Shown here one piece after another: positions 1 to 14,877 of a stretch of DNA of 64,000 nt. The stretch lies in the NCBI RefSeq assembly GCF_009834535.1, contig NC_045696.1, forward strand, positions 53,818,001 to 53,882,000. The letters run 5' to 3'. This DNA comes from Camelus ferus (taxonomy: Eukaryota). The notes beneath the pieces are model-generated. The model searched no databases and was not told the origin of the DNA. It saw only the letters and a program-made list of their open reading frames with translations. How positions within the stretch are numbered: position 1 is the stretch's first letter; every line of letters begins with the position of its first letter. A program made the position numbers and the translations under genes.

Positions 1-2109
1 GTGAACACTTAAAAATGGGAGAACAATTTAATTGTTACTTGATTAATGTAGTAGATTTGCATGAAAACATTCCCAAACATAGGGTCTTGATGGAAAAAAA
101 ATGGATACTTGGTAATAAAAGGTTAGGAGCCTATAATCTAGTTCAAAACTTTATAAAAATGAAATAATAACACTGATGATTAATGTTTAGTAAGTGCTTG
201 CTATATTCCAGCCACTGAGATAATATCATTTAATTCCCCTGTGCCTTAAACAAATAAAAACAAGCAAAAAACGTTGGAGGACAGATTATTATTTTCTTCA
301 CACTACTGATGAAAAAAAGCTTAATATTTGGCCTGAGGAGGTTACGTGACTTTTGTAGATTCCATGCTAATCTAAATTATTCTAATTTTTCAACTAGTCA
401 ACATGTCCCTACTGTTTTATGCTTTATGCCAATTTGTTTTAGACCTGCCTTGTTAAGGAGAAATGAATTTGTTATTCATTAATTTCTTTTATATACAGTG
501 CCCACTTGTCATATACAGGTAATCTCTGATGAAAGCACTTTTTTCTTCCGTAAGTAAAGTAGCAGGACGTAGCACTCCTAGTGTGGTACCCTGCCCCCTT
601 GCACCACCTCATCTGAAACAGCCTCGCCTCTGTCTCTGCCTTCCTGGTAGGAGGCACCAAGGGAGAGATGATGGATAATTACTTGTCTGGTGGGGTTTTA
701 AATTATATGAATAACTATCAACGAGAAAAAGGTAACAATCCATTCTCTCCTTAGTCAGTAGACAATAAGGACTTTGGGAAGTGAGAAAAACTTTTAGATG
801 GAATGACTGATGTCCACTATCTGATTTTCTCTGAGAACATGACTAATTTCCCAAACCTGCAAACAAAGAAAATGAAATAAACAACAAATTTTAAAGATGA
901 AACTACAAGCACTCCAGAATCAAAAGGACATGTTCAGTGTGAGTCAACTGTCACATCTCTAATCCTTCCAGCTGCTGCTATACATGAGAAAAAGGAGGAT
1001 AAAACCCCAAACTACATCTAGCCTGTTAGCTGGGTAATTTGATTTTCATGGATTTGTGAGCTGGTGAGGCACATCTGCCTCTCTGTGTGTGTAAGCACTG
1101 AGACTGGCAATTAACTCTGGTCCCTTAAGCAATCAAATGTGTTTGTTGGGACCTCACCCAAAGCCACCTCAGAAGGAGCACTATGCTAATGACCTGTGCA
1201 GGGCGGGACACACAGTGAAGTAGTTAGGGTGGCAGTCGGAAAGATACAGGCTTTCTTCTTAGAAGTATCTTTGTGAATGTACCTAATTGTACAGATTATG
1301 AAAAATAAGGTTGTTGGAGAGATTATTGGAATGGTTTTCAAGAATTTTCTTGGTGTGAGACGCAAAGAGATATGGAAAAACAGAAACTTAGAGAAAGATA
1401 ATAACACATAGAATATCACAAAGATTACTTTGCTTACAAAGAAAAGCACCTGCATCATCTTTCATATGTAAATCCAAATTTGATGTGTCAGAGGTGATCT
1501 GGACTATCTCCACAAAGGGCCCTCCCTCAGTCCCTCTCACAGCTGTCATTCAGTTGATAACATCTCTATCATGTATTTCTGCTGAAATGCATTATATTTT
1601 TTTTGTGGCTGAAATCAAATGAGGCACTGAGGGTCCCAGCAAATGCCGATACGCTGTTCTTTGTCCAGGCTCCTGCTGGAGGTCTTCACTGAGTGATGCC
1701 CTTGCTGCCTCTTTGTGCTTATTTAGGATGGGAGCATCTTTGTCATCTGGACCGATTTCTCCATCGTATGTCCAAACAAGGTTCTTAGAATTTCTCTATC
1801 TCACAATCTTATGTCAGCATTGCAAGATGTCAAGGAGTTTTTGAAGGGATACTGAGTAGAAAACTTGGGGTTTTACTTTTCCCTGAAAAGGAGAACTAGA
1901 GGGCCAAAGGCCAATCCCTTCCTTGTTATTTCCATAGGAAAACAAGAAGTCTATTCCTCTTCTAGTTCCTTGAGGATTGTGATCATTAATAAAGCACCAT
2001 TATTAAAAGAATAAGTATGTAGGTGTTTGGTTTTGGGTGGGGGAGACAAGTACTTTTATTTTTCCTGGTCTGACTTCTTTATACATTTCTCCTATGTATT
2101 ACTATTGAT

Positions 2110-2322
2110 TTTTTTAAAACAGCTTTATTGAGGTATAGTTAATATACAAAAACTGCACATAATTAATGTATATAATTAATACATTTGGAGATTTGCATAC
2201 ATCCTTAAAACCATCACCACATCAAGGTAGTAAAATATCCATCACCGCCCACAAGTTTCCTTTTGCTCCTTTGTTTTTGTTGGTTTGAATGTATGTGTGT
2301 GGTATGAACATTTAACATGAGT
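2110..2322 (-). mobile_element. Old L1 (L1MA/MB-type) 3' end fragment
   Basis: T-run then 'cagctttattgaggtatagtt...aaactgcacata...accatcaccacatcaagg', the typical reverse complement of an L1M 3'UTR. Confidence 0.75.
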
Positions 2323-2574
2323 ATTTGTTTTTCTTCAAACCACACATTCTCCAACTTACCCTAACTCTCCTGCTCACTGCTACCCTTATCAGAGCAAGAG
2401 CGATTAAATTCTATTACATTATGTAGAATAATACCTATCTACCTACCTACCTATCAATCGATCTATGAAATAACAAGTACCTGCTCAAATAGCTCTCTTT
2501 TAAATAATACTCAATACATTGAGATTTAATAATCACTAAGAATTTTGATGGTACATTACTATTCATTTAGCCTC

Positions 2575-2690
2575 CCTTACACTCATCAAACATTTATCCA
2601 GCATTTATTATGTGTCAAATACCACACTAAGCTCTGGGGACCCAAAGATAAGTATAAGATAAAAGAAGCCCTTGCTCTTAATGTATTGTA
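2575..2690 (-). mobile_element. L2 3' end fragment
   Basis: 'catcaaacatttatccagcatttattatgtgtcaaataccacactaagctctgggga' resembles the antisense L2 tail. Confidence 0.65.
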
Positions 2691-3604
2691 CTGAAACAGA
2701 ATGTTATCTGCAGAAACATATCTTTTGAAATAGGAACTCATTTCTTTAGCCTAGTGACTCTTTTTCATGAAGCAAGGCATCCACTGGCCACTACCAAGCA
2801 AAGCTCACAGTATTCTCCTTTGAATTATTCTCTTCTCCAACGTTCTCTTAAGAATCTGCCTTTGATTCTACCTCTCCATGAACTTCCGCCAACCTTCCAC
2901 ATTCCTTGTTTCCATCGTCTTTTTCCTCTGAGATACTCCTTCATAGATTTTCACTATAGACAATGAGAATTCCCATCCCTGAATTTCTGGAATCTAATGC
3001 TGAATTCCTTATCCCTCCCTCTCATCACACAGAGTAGTCATTTAAATCTAAGTGACACAACTTTTCTTCCCCCTTTCCATCCTTGTCTCTCCATTTCTGC
3101 ACAGTTCTTTTGTGTGCCTCACAAAGAAGTTTAAGATGATACAAAAATAAAATTATAGAGCAAAAAATACCACCCATTGTCAAATTTCTTGTAAGTTGGT
3201 AGTTAAGTGTTTTGCAGAGGATTGTTGCTTAATAGCATAAGAAAACATATGCCTTGAGATGTTTAACGGATTATGGCTTTTCAGATGTGTAGGTTCAGAG
3301 AATCTCAAGTCTTCAGAGCTTTAATCTACTTTTACCAACAATTTTGGTTACTGAACTGATAAAGTTCTGAATCACTGTCTGCCTCTGGCTTCCGCAAGTC
3401 ACACCTGTGAGGCGAGAGAACAGAGCTGGTACCTTAGTTCAGTGCAATTTCCTGTGTTGTGAATCATTTATGCTTAACCATGTAGCTGCCCCTCTTACTC
3501 CACTGCTGATGGAGACAAGGAGAGAGAGGAAGATAACTTTACTCTTTAGTCACCCTTTAGAAAAGGCAAAATAAAAGAGACAGGTAGGCCAGTTTAAAGA
3601 CTTC

Positions 3605-3773
3605 CTATTCCACGTGTGGCCCACTGACCAACATCAACTCCACCACCTAAGAGTTTGTTAGGAATGCACGATGTCAAACCCCACCTAAGATGCACTGAAT
3701 TAGAACGTTCAATTTAACGAAGTCACCAGTGAGTCACAGACATTAAAACTGAGACAAAGTTGAGAAGCACTGG
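3605..3773. mobile_element. MER5A-like hAT-Charlie MITE
   Basis: 'gtgtggcccactgacc...tgttaggaatgca...actgaattagaac...aagttgagaagcactg'. Confidence 0.7.
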
Positions 3774-6700
3774 CTTAGAAAATGCCTCTTTCCATTGACA
3801 AAGGATAAAGAAAGGAAGTAGCTCACAAACTGGGGTAAATTGAAGACAAATAAAGAGAAAAGGGTGGAGGGCAATGAGGGGAGTCTGTGTGTGTGTCTCC
3901 AACTCACACACACAGAGACACACAAAGAACGTAAGATTTTTCAGCCCACTCTGGATCTCAGCTGTTAGGAGTTATTCCCAACTGACTGCTAGGTATAATG
4001 CCTGTATCCTACCTGAGACGTTCACATAATGTGGGGGGCAGCAGGAGAATAATCCTTAACTTTCTTCCTTAGCCCAAGTGTTAGTTTTGATAGAGATCAT
4101 CTTTCTAACATTGTCCTCACTGGCCAGAGGGTGGGGAGCTTCCTAAGGGAAGATCTGTTTGACTCTTTGAAGCGAGAATCCAGCAGCGCTGTTTTTCCAG
4201 AAGTGTTGCAGCCTTCTCTTGACCACTTCGGCATTCTTCATAGAGCTCCAACAACCAGAGAATTGTTGATTTTCAGGTTTAGAAGGAATCATCAAGGACC
4301 TGTTCATTTTCTCACCTGATGCTGAAATCTCTGCCACAAGACAGCTAGTCATTGCCCAGCTTAGGCTCGGATGAAATAAAGGAAAGAAACCTCAAAATTC
4401 GTGCTTCTGTGCCACTGAGCACTCAGTGACATTGCAGCTGCCTCGCTCATTATTTGAGAATCAGCAGCCCATGATGACATGCATCACCCTCTTCTCAGTC
4501 TGGGGTGCTTCTCTTACAAACAGTTAAACTTTAGAGTAGTGTCACAGGGAGGGAAAACGTCCCCTCACAAACAAGTCCTTTTGCCTAAGTAAAAGCATAT
4601 GCAGTACTCATGGAGATGGTAGTGAGAGCCCAGCGTGAGGCTAATAACATTAGTAACAACAGTAATAATAACAATAGTAATAAAATACTCTCCAAGACTT
4701 ACCCATTCCTGAGAAAATAGTATTTGCTATTAATATTATTGTTATCAGTATTATTGCATTACTGCTAATAATAATGATAGGTTACTTGCTAAGAGACTAG
4801 GGCCTTCGTTGCAACTAAGGAAGCCTATTTAGAAAGGGCTCCCCTGAAGGCATTTCTTCAATTAATAAAGGAGACTGACAGATCTTCCCACAGCAGACTG
4901 CCAGGTACCAATTGATTGCCTCCCTCTAATAACTGTTTAATTTGCTTTTGTGTACTAATCACATCATGCAAATTGTTGGCTTCTGCCCCTCCCTGACAGA
5001 GCGGATGGCATTTCAATGGGCCGAACGGCACTGCCCACCAGTACCATCCTCTGTCTTTTCCATCCCTGTCCTGCTCTCCTCCTGCCTAGAACCCCAACAC
5101 AGATCCAGCCACTGGTTTCTCTGGGAAAGCATCCAATGATGATGAGAGGGTCAGGTCAGCCCTCTAGAGCAGCAGCTGCAGAAAGAAAGAAACATCCCTT
5201 TGCCGTGTCTCATGACCTCTCTCCAGGCTTAAAGAAAACTCATAAGCTCACAGCACGAATTAGCATGGCCTCATTATAGACACAGAGTTAGTGTCATATA
5301 AGGCCAAAATGGGAATGAAGTGATTAAAAAAAATCAAAAAGTCCCATGAGCAGGGGAAACTGTACCAGGGTGTCACATATGGGGCAATGAGCAGTAAATA
5401 TGGTGAAAATATATCAGTGGAAGAAAACATTGCCATGCAAATGTTTGAGCTTATGATTCGACATACCAGGGAGGTCAGGACACTATCATACGTGATGATT
5501 GAGGCAGAGACACATTGGCAGGCACCACCCCACCATTACCCAGAACTCCACAGCCTTGCTTTCAAGTATGCTAAGATTTTTGGGCTTCTTGATCAGCCCT
5601 CATCTTTCTGCTTCACTAAATGAAAAGCCTCCAAAGAACCAGGCACAGAGAGGTACACATGGAGGCTGCAACCACTTATTTTAAATTCCCCAGTGGACCT
5701 GGTGCCTTCACACCTCGACATCTTTAAGCAGACAATTCCACCACTGGGTGGAATTCCATCTCTGACCACTTATCCTCACTGGTCCTATGGTCACATCCTA
5801 CTGACACTCATGCTTCCCCCTCCTCTGCACCTGGTCTTTGCATTTCCTTGCACCAGGAATTCCTTTTCTAAAGTGTTCAGTAATCAATCACACCATCCAT
5901 CAAAGACAGCACTAAAACAAGTTCCTTCTTAAAAATATTACAGGATATCATTGCTCTCTGTTAAACTCTCTATTATTTATAACATCTGCACAGATATTTA
6001 CTTTATTTGATGGGAGATACTTCTAAGACTCTCTGCAAAGCCCCCCTAGAATTTTGTTTGTTTGTTTTCTCATGGCACTAACAGTTTGCTTCGACTGCTT
6101 CCAGACACATTTTGTAATAGGGTTACATAGAGAACTTCATGGCAATTTGAAATGTGGAAATCTTTGTCAGCCTGGACTTCAAACAGGAACTAACTTCCCA
6201 CTATAAGGAGTTTACAATTCCTTTGTCATTACCAGGGAGTACGGAGAATGTTGATTTTATCAAAGGGAAATAAGCAAGCACAGGGAAGACAGACGCGGGA
6301 CATGAGGCGGGTAGAGAGATGCTGTGCCACACAATCATTTCTGCAACCAGTAAGCAGACGGTATTGGAGGAAAGCAAGGCCAGAAGAAGAGTTTTGTTAA
6401 TAGTTTTGAGACTTACAGATCAGAAGTAAGTACTTCTGAACCACAGCTCAATACCAAGCTAATATCGATGATCTAAATGATATACATTAAAGGGGGAACA
6501 TTTGTGGAATTGAAGAGTAAATTCGTCAAGACGATACTCAGTTACTAAAATACAACTTGTCTCTAGAATGTCTGCTGGGTGCCTGACAATGATATTGGAC
6601 CAAGTAAGCATATTTTGGAGGTAGGGGAGCTCCTAAGGGGGAAAGGAGGAAAGAAGGAAGCAATAAAATCTTGAGAACTCTGCAAAAAAACCAACCAACA

Positions 6701-7754
6701 AGTAAACAAAAATTAAGAACAAACAATGTAACCATAAGAAGACAATGTAGAAGACAGCCAAGAAGTGTCCCTATTCCCAATCAGCAGAAAAGCCCGCTGT
6801 CACCTCCACCATCCTAGTTTACACACTGCATTGTCTTCCTGGGATCAAGGTAATGGTCTACTAACAAGCTAACAAGCTCACAAGCTCGCTGGCCTCAGCC
6901 GTGGACTCCCCACGGTCAAGGCCCTTTTTCTGAATGAAAACCAGCTCAATACTTCAATTTCCCTTTTCCTCATATAGCACAGTAAAGGCACTGGAGGCGA
7001 AACTGTGAGACCTTTCTCACTTTCACGTCTGAATTATGAAACGCCATCGCCATCAGCCTCGACCAGAAGCAAGGCAATATTAATATTAATGTTGTGAAGG
7101 GCCTGCAGTATGGCAGCAGGGTGATTTAAAGAGGAGAATAATCAGGGACTGAATCTTAGTAAATAAATTCAAGGCCCAATTTGTTTAGTCTCTTACCCAC
7201 ATTTTAAAAAGGAAATTAATATTCTTTTAAAAAGGCAAATCAATATAGACTCTGAACTGCTGACTTGGTGGGTTTAAAATGGAAAATGTTTCTCTTGTCC
7301 CCAGCAGCCTCCTAGCTGATCTTTCTCCCAGTCTCTCTCTATTTCTTTCCAATATACAAAGCTGTGGGGATACCCTCAAAATATCCCTCATGAAGCATTA
7401 AGTTCTTGTCACTGTGCACCTGGTCCCACCCGGCTACTGTGGGGACACAAACCACAAAAAGGCCCTGTCTTTGTCTTCAAGGGATTTATAATCCAGATGG
7501 GGAGAGGAGGCATCCAGAGAATAACAACAAATGTATTCTAAGATAGCGTGGTAAAAACTATTTTGAACATCTACTTTCTGCCCTTGTAAATCTCCCATGA
7601 TCCTCTCATGACCTCCCTCTGCCGCAGTGTAGAGGCAGTAGACACTCTCATTTTAGAGCTGTATACCATGAGACTATATAATTATCTGTTAAAGGAGATT
7701 ATGCATCTAATCTCAATAACCTTGAGACGTTTCTAATATGTATAATATAGCATG

Positions 7755-7880
7755 ACCATTTTACAGATGAAAGGACTGAGCTGTGGTTAAATGACCACTG
7801 TAAGGTCCTACATCTGGGAAGTGACAAAACTAGTATTTAAAGTTCAGTTCTGCCTCATTATAAACTTCTCTTCTTTCCAC
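7755..7880 (-). mobile_element. MIR SINE
   Basis: core 'ccattttacagatgaaaggactgag...aaggtc'. Confidence 0.7.
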
Positions 7881-8094
7881 CATGCTCTTTCTCCATTAGT
7901 TATCATCAAAGTGTTATGATCTCTTTGACATCACTCTGTCATTTCTTGTCATATCCTAGTATCTCTATTCTACTGAGGCCAAATTGATCTACTTGGCATC
8001 TCTGGAACAAATTTTGCTGAAGTGTATTTTCCTGTGTTGGCTTGCCCACCCATTGCCATAAAAAAACAGAAGGAGCCAGCACAGCATACAGATT

Positions 8095-8220
8095 CAAAGT
8101 GCAGTATCGGAAAGCGAACAGTCTCATCATATGCAAATTCTGAATTCACCCCTTCATAGGTGTATGACCTTGAACAAGTTACTTTACCTATTTATGTTCT
8201 CTTATCTGTAAAAGGGAAAA
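8095..8220 (+). mobile_element. MIR SINE
   Basis: 'tgtatgaccttgaacaagttacttt...tcttatctgtaaaaggg'. Confidence 0.65.
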
Positions 8221-9419
8221 TCTTTTTCTTGACCTACAAGTGTCATTAACTATCTTTGATAACTAATGCTGGTTACTGTATTTAATTTGTGATTTAGGAA
8301 CAGCCATCTAGATGTATGGGTCTTAGATACTGCACTGAAGACCAAAAAAAAACCAAAATAGTTTGAGGACAGAACTTTAAAATGTCAAATTACCTTGCCC
8401 AATAGAAGATAAAATAATGATAATAATTTGATGGTAGAGATAGAATAAAATTTACATGTATTTTAGTGCAATTATTTCATTTAACATAGGGAAACTGAAG
8501 CCCAAAAGCAGTGAAAAAAAAATATATATATATACAAATTGACATATCTGGAGGAGGGTGTCTCATGAGCAGTTTCTGGGAGTGCTAACTCATTTAGTCC
8601 ACAGATGCTGTTCCACATCTAATCAGGAAAATCAGGCTCCCAAAGCCCTGGCCCACTCACTTGCCGCATTTTTAGCCATGTCTCCATTGGCAAAAATGCT
8701 GGTATGTTATAAAGTCCAACTGAGATTTCTTAGCTGGGTCTTAAGATTTATTCTGGTTTTAAATTATTTCAAAGGTTATATGGAGAAATAGTTTTGCTTT
8801 TTTTTTTTTTTTAATGAAGTAAATGTTTTAACCATGAGTGGAAAATCTAGTTTAACTCATTTCAATAAATATGGTTCTGGCGCCATGTGCTAGATGTTGA
8901 GGATCACAAGGTAGAACCCACAGCAAGGTCCTGGCTTTCTTAGGCCAGTGCATCAGGTTTTACATCTCACCTGGGGAATCCTCTTTTCTTTAATCAGATT
9001 ATCTTAAGACCAAAACAAACCTTGACTGCTTAAATATCAACATAGTCTTTTGTCTAATTGTAGGAAGAAATAAAAGAATGAGATAAGACTTCAGGAACTT
9101 AAAAGTTCCATGTTGGAACTCCTTTAGACACATTATTTACTTCAAATATTTAAGCCTTCCCCTTCCCAGTCATTTATCTTCTCAAATAAAAGCTTTGCTC
9201 TGAATATTAACTTATTAATAAGATAATAAGACTGTGTGTCAGCTTCTATAGGCTATAGAAAACATACACACACACTCTCTCCATATATAAAGTAGATTAT
9301 ATCTCAGACTATGTTTCAGAGGAGATATTGTAATATTTCTAGAATTTAGGATCTAGTGTTCGGTCTTTGATATTCTTCAATATAGTTACCATAGTAATAT
9401 AATTGCCACCATCACTAAT

Positions 9420-9610
9420 TTTGTTTAGTCCCTATAGATCCCATGCTAAGGACCATATATACATTATCTCGTATGATCTTTACAGATAAATAGGCATTAT
9501 TATCCCAACTTAACAGATGAGATCAAGGACATATAAACTTTCTGAAAGCCATGTGGTTTGTACATGGGAGAACTGGAATTGAAACCCAGGTCGGTCTGAC
9601 TGGGTTTTGT
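9420..9610 (-). mobile_element. MIR SINE
   Basis: 'attattatcccaacttaacagatgag...ctggaattgaaacccaggtcggtctgact'. Confidence 0.7.
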
Positions 9611-10284
9611 GCATCTTTCTAGATTGCAGGAGTTTTTCTGCACAAAGTAAGTCTTCAGTAAGTCCTTATAGAACCACTGAATGCTGAAACAGTAGAAAAG
9701 CAAACAAAACAAAACAAAACAAAACCAAAAACAAAAATACTATACTGTGAAATAAAACCCTAGAAAGGCTTAGCAACCAGGCTTTGAAAGAGCTGTTAAA
9801 ATAGAATCCCTTACTACTATACCTATACATATTTGTAAAAGACCTTGAATCACCTTTGCAGAAACTGCAGCAAATGTGCAGCAGTGAATTCTGAAGGGGT
9901 TTTGAACACATTTTTATTGCCACAGAAAAGGAAATATGATTTTTAGTCATAATGCATCTAATAATGCAATCCAAGTTTTGCTCTACTGAGATTTGAGGGG
10001 GGAAAAAAGAACCCTAAAAATGTCACCAATACCCCTGTACAAAACTTCCTGATGTGGACCCAAATGAAATGCCATTGTTTAATCAGGGGAACCAGGATTC
10101 CAAATGCTACAGACTCCATGTATAGTTCTTCCAAGCCAGCTCATGCTTTCTGGAGACATCTGGCTTGACAATTTTTGTACCCCCATCCCAATCAGTAGCC
10201 TAACATGGGCATGCACACACATAAACCATTTTGATATGGTAATTTTCAGAGCTATATAAAGGAATTCACTGTTGGATCTATACT

Positions 10285-10446
10285 TGTGCTTTTTAAACTG
10301 TGATCCACAGACCAACAGTACCAGCCTCCCCTGCTCTCTATTAGAAATGCAGGTGCTCAGGTCTTATTCCAAATCGAATGAATCAGAATCTGCATCTTAG
10401 CGTGACCCCCCAGTCACTCACATAGTCATGTCTGGGAAGCAATGGT
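10285..10446. mobile_element. MER5A-like hAT-Charlie MITE
   Basis: 'aaactgtgatccacagacc...ttagaaatgcag...gaatcagaatctgcat...tgggaagcaatg'. Confidence 0.7.
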
Positions 10447-13400
10447 CTATGGGGGAATTTGGCAAGTTTCTCTCCGCAGGTACTAAAACAGACGAGCCGC
10501 TAATAGGAACATCTCCAAGCATTTCAAACATTTCAGCTACATGTTACTTCTGCTGATGCTGTGCTGTCCGGTTGAATGTGACACTGAACTAGGGCCCCCC
10601 CATCTTCTTTCATGCACTCTGGCAAATGCAAGGGCCAAGCAAAGTTTCAGCAGGCGTTGAGGAAGGGTTCACTTATGATGCTCAAGTCCTCCATTTTGCA
10701 TCATTAAAACACATCCCTTCCATTCTTTAGAACGTTCACCTTTTCCATGAAGACGTTTCTGATTCACCCTCCCATTTGAAAGACATTTTGCATGTGCACA
10801 TCTATGTACTAATTTATTCAAGCTATAGAACCACAGTATGTTTATACAGTTTCTACTGCTTTGGATTTTTCTCCTTGACGTGATTAGAATCCTTAGACAT
10901 CAGAAACATTGTGATCTACCCTTATTTAATCCCAAGAGGGAAGGGAGGGGTCTTGAAGGAAAGTATATATTAAAAGGGAATTTAGAACCAAGTCTACTTC
11001 GGCCTTCATTTCTTGGTTGTGGGTTTTGGTTTTGGTTTTCCTGAAGAAAAACTATTCTTGGAGTTCCCATAAAGACATGAGGATTCCTAAACTTTGTGCT
11101 TAGTGGAAAATCAAACTGTGGGAAGTGGAGTCATGTTCAAAAACGGAAGAGAAGCAATGCTCTGTTCCACTGCGTGTGAGCTGGTTGAGCAGACTTGCAA
11201 TTATTCCTCATATCAGGGCTGAAGCCTGGCTTGTGGACATGGCCTCAGCTGTGCAAATCTCAGAGTGGCGGCCAGGGGACTAAGACTCTATGTTTGCCCC
11301 CAGTGGCTTTGGTTTTATCAAAGTCCTCCACCCCAGAAGCTTCACTTCGCAATGCAAAGGGGAGGGATAAGACATTGAAAGTTTATTCACTCAGAACCAC
11401 AGCATTTCTCCTTCTTTTTAGGTCACAACATTGAAATGGGGTTTTAATGTGAAATTTGCCTTAGGCTTAGCAGATGGTTCCCAAACATCAAAAGCACTGG
11501 TTTGCCTTCTGTACACTGAGGTGGTTATAATATTGTGTAACAACTGCAAGGGAACTCATATCCTGTCCAAATCTGCCCTGCTCCTCTCTCTCCTGTTCCT
11601 CCCTTTTCTTCCCCTTTTCTCTCTTTCCGTCACTCAGTGCGGCAACACACACCTTGGCTGCATTCAGCTCATGCCAATCAGACAAGTTTATGACGAGAGG
11701 TGAGTGTGGGTGGGAAGAGGGAAACATTTCTATGCTAGACTCAGTGGGCTCAGCTCATATGATGATTTTTCTTTCTTTTAAAAAATTCACTTAAAATTTG
11801 GGGTAAAAAGGTAGGCACATTGCATAGTGGATTTACTTACTCTGATACTATCTCTGATAATTCTCATCTTTAAATCATCCTGCAACTGAACTTCCAACCT
11901 TTCTGGACATCAATATTAATGTTCCCAGCTCCTGGCAGTTGCTAGGAGAGGTGGCATTTCATAATTCATATGTAAAAATTAAAAGCCAAGTGCTAGAGGG
12001 TAGCAATATACATCCATCCAGTATTTTATGGAAAGCCCTTCAGAAAGCCAGCCTTCCCCAGCCCTCCCTTAGCAAGGAAATGCAACATTAACAGGTAAAT
12101 AATTGTGGCCAAGAAATTCACTCTCCCTCCTTACTTGGAAAAATAAAAGAACTATAAAGAACACAGAATGGTTCCAGAAATATTTTCACTTCGAAGATCT
12201 TCAATCAGATCTTCAATCTATACCCCAGAGGAAAGTACTCTGACAAATCCCACCGTAAGATGATGCTTGGCCAACAAATGTATAAGAGTCGATGGTCCTC
12301 TTGTCAGCAGGGAGTTGACATCATCAACAACATGCGTCCCATAACTATTGGTAGAGAACTCCACAGAGAAAGGTCCCATGAGCCTATTTATTCATCAGTC
12401 ATCTTCAGCACGGCCTTATTCCTCTTTTTGTCAAAAGAACTGTTCCTTTAACGTTTTCCTGCTATAGGGAATCTGGATTCTCAGCTGTCTGCAGAGAGCA
12501 AGACTGCCTCATCATTATTCTCTCCACACTATTCTCTTCTTCCTTCAAAACCAAGTGGGTCCCCACATTTGAAAGATGTATGAACTTGGAGAGAGTTTAA
12601 GAATGATCATAACTAATTATAAATTAAAATAAATGCTTACTAAAATAAAATAATTAAAACAGACACTTCACCATAAATTCAACATTATAAGTCCATCAAA
12701 GCAAAAAAAGAAAAGTATCTCTCACTTTGTCATCATGTCTTACTAGAGCTGTCTCCTGCTACCAACTGCTGATATTATTTTAGAGTTGGAGCAAATAAAA
12801 TGAAAAGAAAGCAGAAAAAAGAATAAAGACCCTATCAACTCCCTTATCTTTCCTGGTGTGTTCTGTTTGTTTTTTGGAGGTTTTATTATTTGTTTTTTAA
12901 ATTTTGCTTTGTTTTTAATATCTGGTTCTCTGTGGTGAAGAAGAGAAAGTGGCCTCTTGTCAATTCTGGCCAAGGTCCTATTTTCTTGGACACTTCTTTA
13001 CATGACTGAAGATGGTCCACTTTAAAAACAGCTGCTAATTATAGAAACTCTAAGCCAGTGTCTACATCCAAAAAATTATCAGAGAATTGATTTGTGAGGG
13101 ATTTCATAAGTTACTTATAAACCTCTATTTTAAATGGGCTGCTTTTTCTAAAAAAAAAAAGAAAAAGAAAAAAAATTCCCCCAAATAAAACAAAACAACA
13201 AAAAATCTGCCACTGCAGGTGTTTCTACATTTTTTTTTCATGTAACCTAAAATACGTAAGTGCCTCTTGCTTGAGATTCACTTTATTCTGGTAATTTTTT
13301 TCCTAATCATTGCTAAAGTGATTTTTCTAAAGAAGAAAGGCATGCATTGCTTCTTAAAAGAGTTTTCCTTTGTCTTCTATTATTTTCTTTAAGACATGTT

Positions 13401-14877
13401 GAAAACACATTTTTATTCCCTATGACTCCAGGCCCCTGAGCAATCTGTTTGTTAGGCCCTATTGGGAACACAGTACAAGCTAATTTTCATAAGTTGCAAC
13501 AATTCCAAAGCCTGAAAAATAAAATAAAATATTGTTTTAAAAAGATCAAAATAGGCTGTCCATTAGCCTGCTGCAAATCTGTATGGAGAATGTCATTACA
13601 TTTTAGTTGCTTTATTTTTAGCATGGCTGGTCTCTCAGTTAAAGGAACACTTTCTAACCTGTTTTTTCAGCCTGTCAGGAATGAGGTGCCAGGGACCAGA
13701 AGCTCCCATCGCTACAGGCAGTGTTCTGCTAACCAAAGCCAGGCAAGGAGGCCAATTCGGTAAAGCACTGCAAATATTTGTGCAATTCAAAGGGGTGAGG
13801 AGATGTCCCTGGTTAGGAGGAAGTTTATAAAACAAGAGGGACAAGAGATTTTACAAAGCTTAGCGAAATAAAATGGAGGATGAGTGGGGGAAAAGGGAGA
13901 CAAGGAGGGTTTGAGTTTAAACTCAGATTTAGATTTTATGTGAGGACAGCTCAATATAGAGATGAAACCCTTTTATTCTTTTGGCAAATGACAATAAAAA
14001 ATTCCAGCCTTCAAACACCCTGTGAGATGCTCCTGCCACGTCTCTGATGCTGGCCTCCTTCCACCACTCACACTGCCCCAAGTGATGCAGCTCCACACTC
14101 CTCAGGCACCACAACAGATTGCTCACCACCCACATACTCTTAAGTGTGTGAAGACACAAGAGAGAAATCTGGTGTGTCTTGCAGCGGGGGAGAGGAGGAA
14201 AAAATTACAAGGTCGTGCTTCCTGGGATGATCTTGTACTCTCGTACCACTTCTCCTTCCTCTGTTGGCTGGCTTTGTGAGTGTGATGCTTTTAAGTAATG
14301 TGAAAGGCACCATTCTCATTATTTGATTAGCTCAATAAACTTTGCCCCAGTTGCAGGGTATTAAGTATCAACATGGAGTCTGAAAGGCAGTACTGAGTGT
14401 TGTTTGGCTCTGGTGGGCACATTTGCCTTCCACAGTGATGTAAGGCTGTGGGAATGTACTGGTTCCCCTGAGTTCACTTGTTTAAATAAAGTTCCCCTGT
14501 CCTTCCATGCAGGCATTAAGTAGCAAAACAGGCAGCTGCCACTTTAGGGATCACTTTAGTATTGCTGCCATTTCTCTTTGGCAGGCACCACCATCGTCCC
14601 CCAATCTCCCGAAGGTGCACTCCACTGCCATTGCAGTCCTGCTGCTACAGTAGTTAATGAGTTTTCTGAGTTTCAGTACAACTGGGGAGTAGCTTCATCA
14701 TCCATGGGAACAGTGGGGAGACTGGCAAAGACATGCCATCGTTTTCTTGCCTGTGAAGGGATTAAATGGAAGTGAACCCAGTGATACAGCTGGGTTTTCA
14801 AAATAATGGGCACCACGTCTTTTGTCAAACGGTCTAAGCCTGAGATTCACAAAAATATACATCAGAATTTGCACTAA

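Noticed and set aside
3884..3916. Hairpin or pre-miRNA candidate
   Set aside because: The 12-bp stem is only (TG)n/(CA)n microsatellite; too short and low complexity
12195..12218. 12-bp tandem duplication AGATCTTCAATC x2 (similar 13-bp duplication at 57206-57231)
   Set aside because: Ordinary slippage duplications with no further structure
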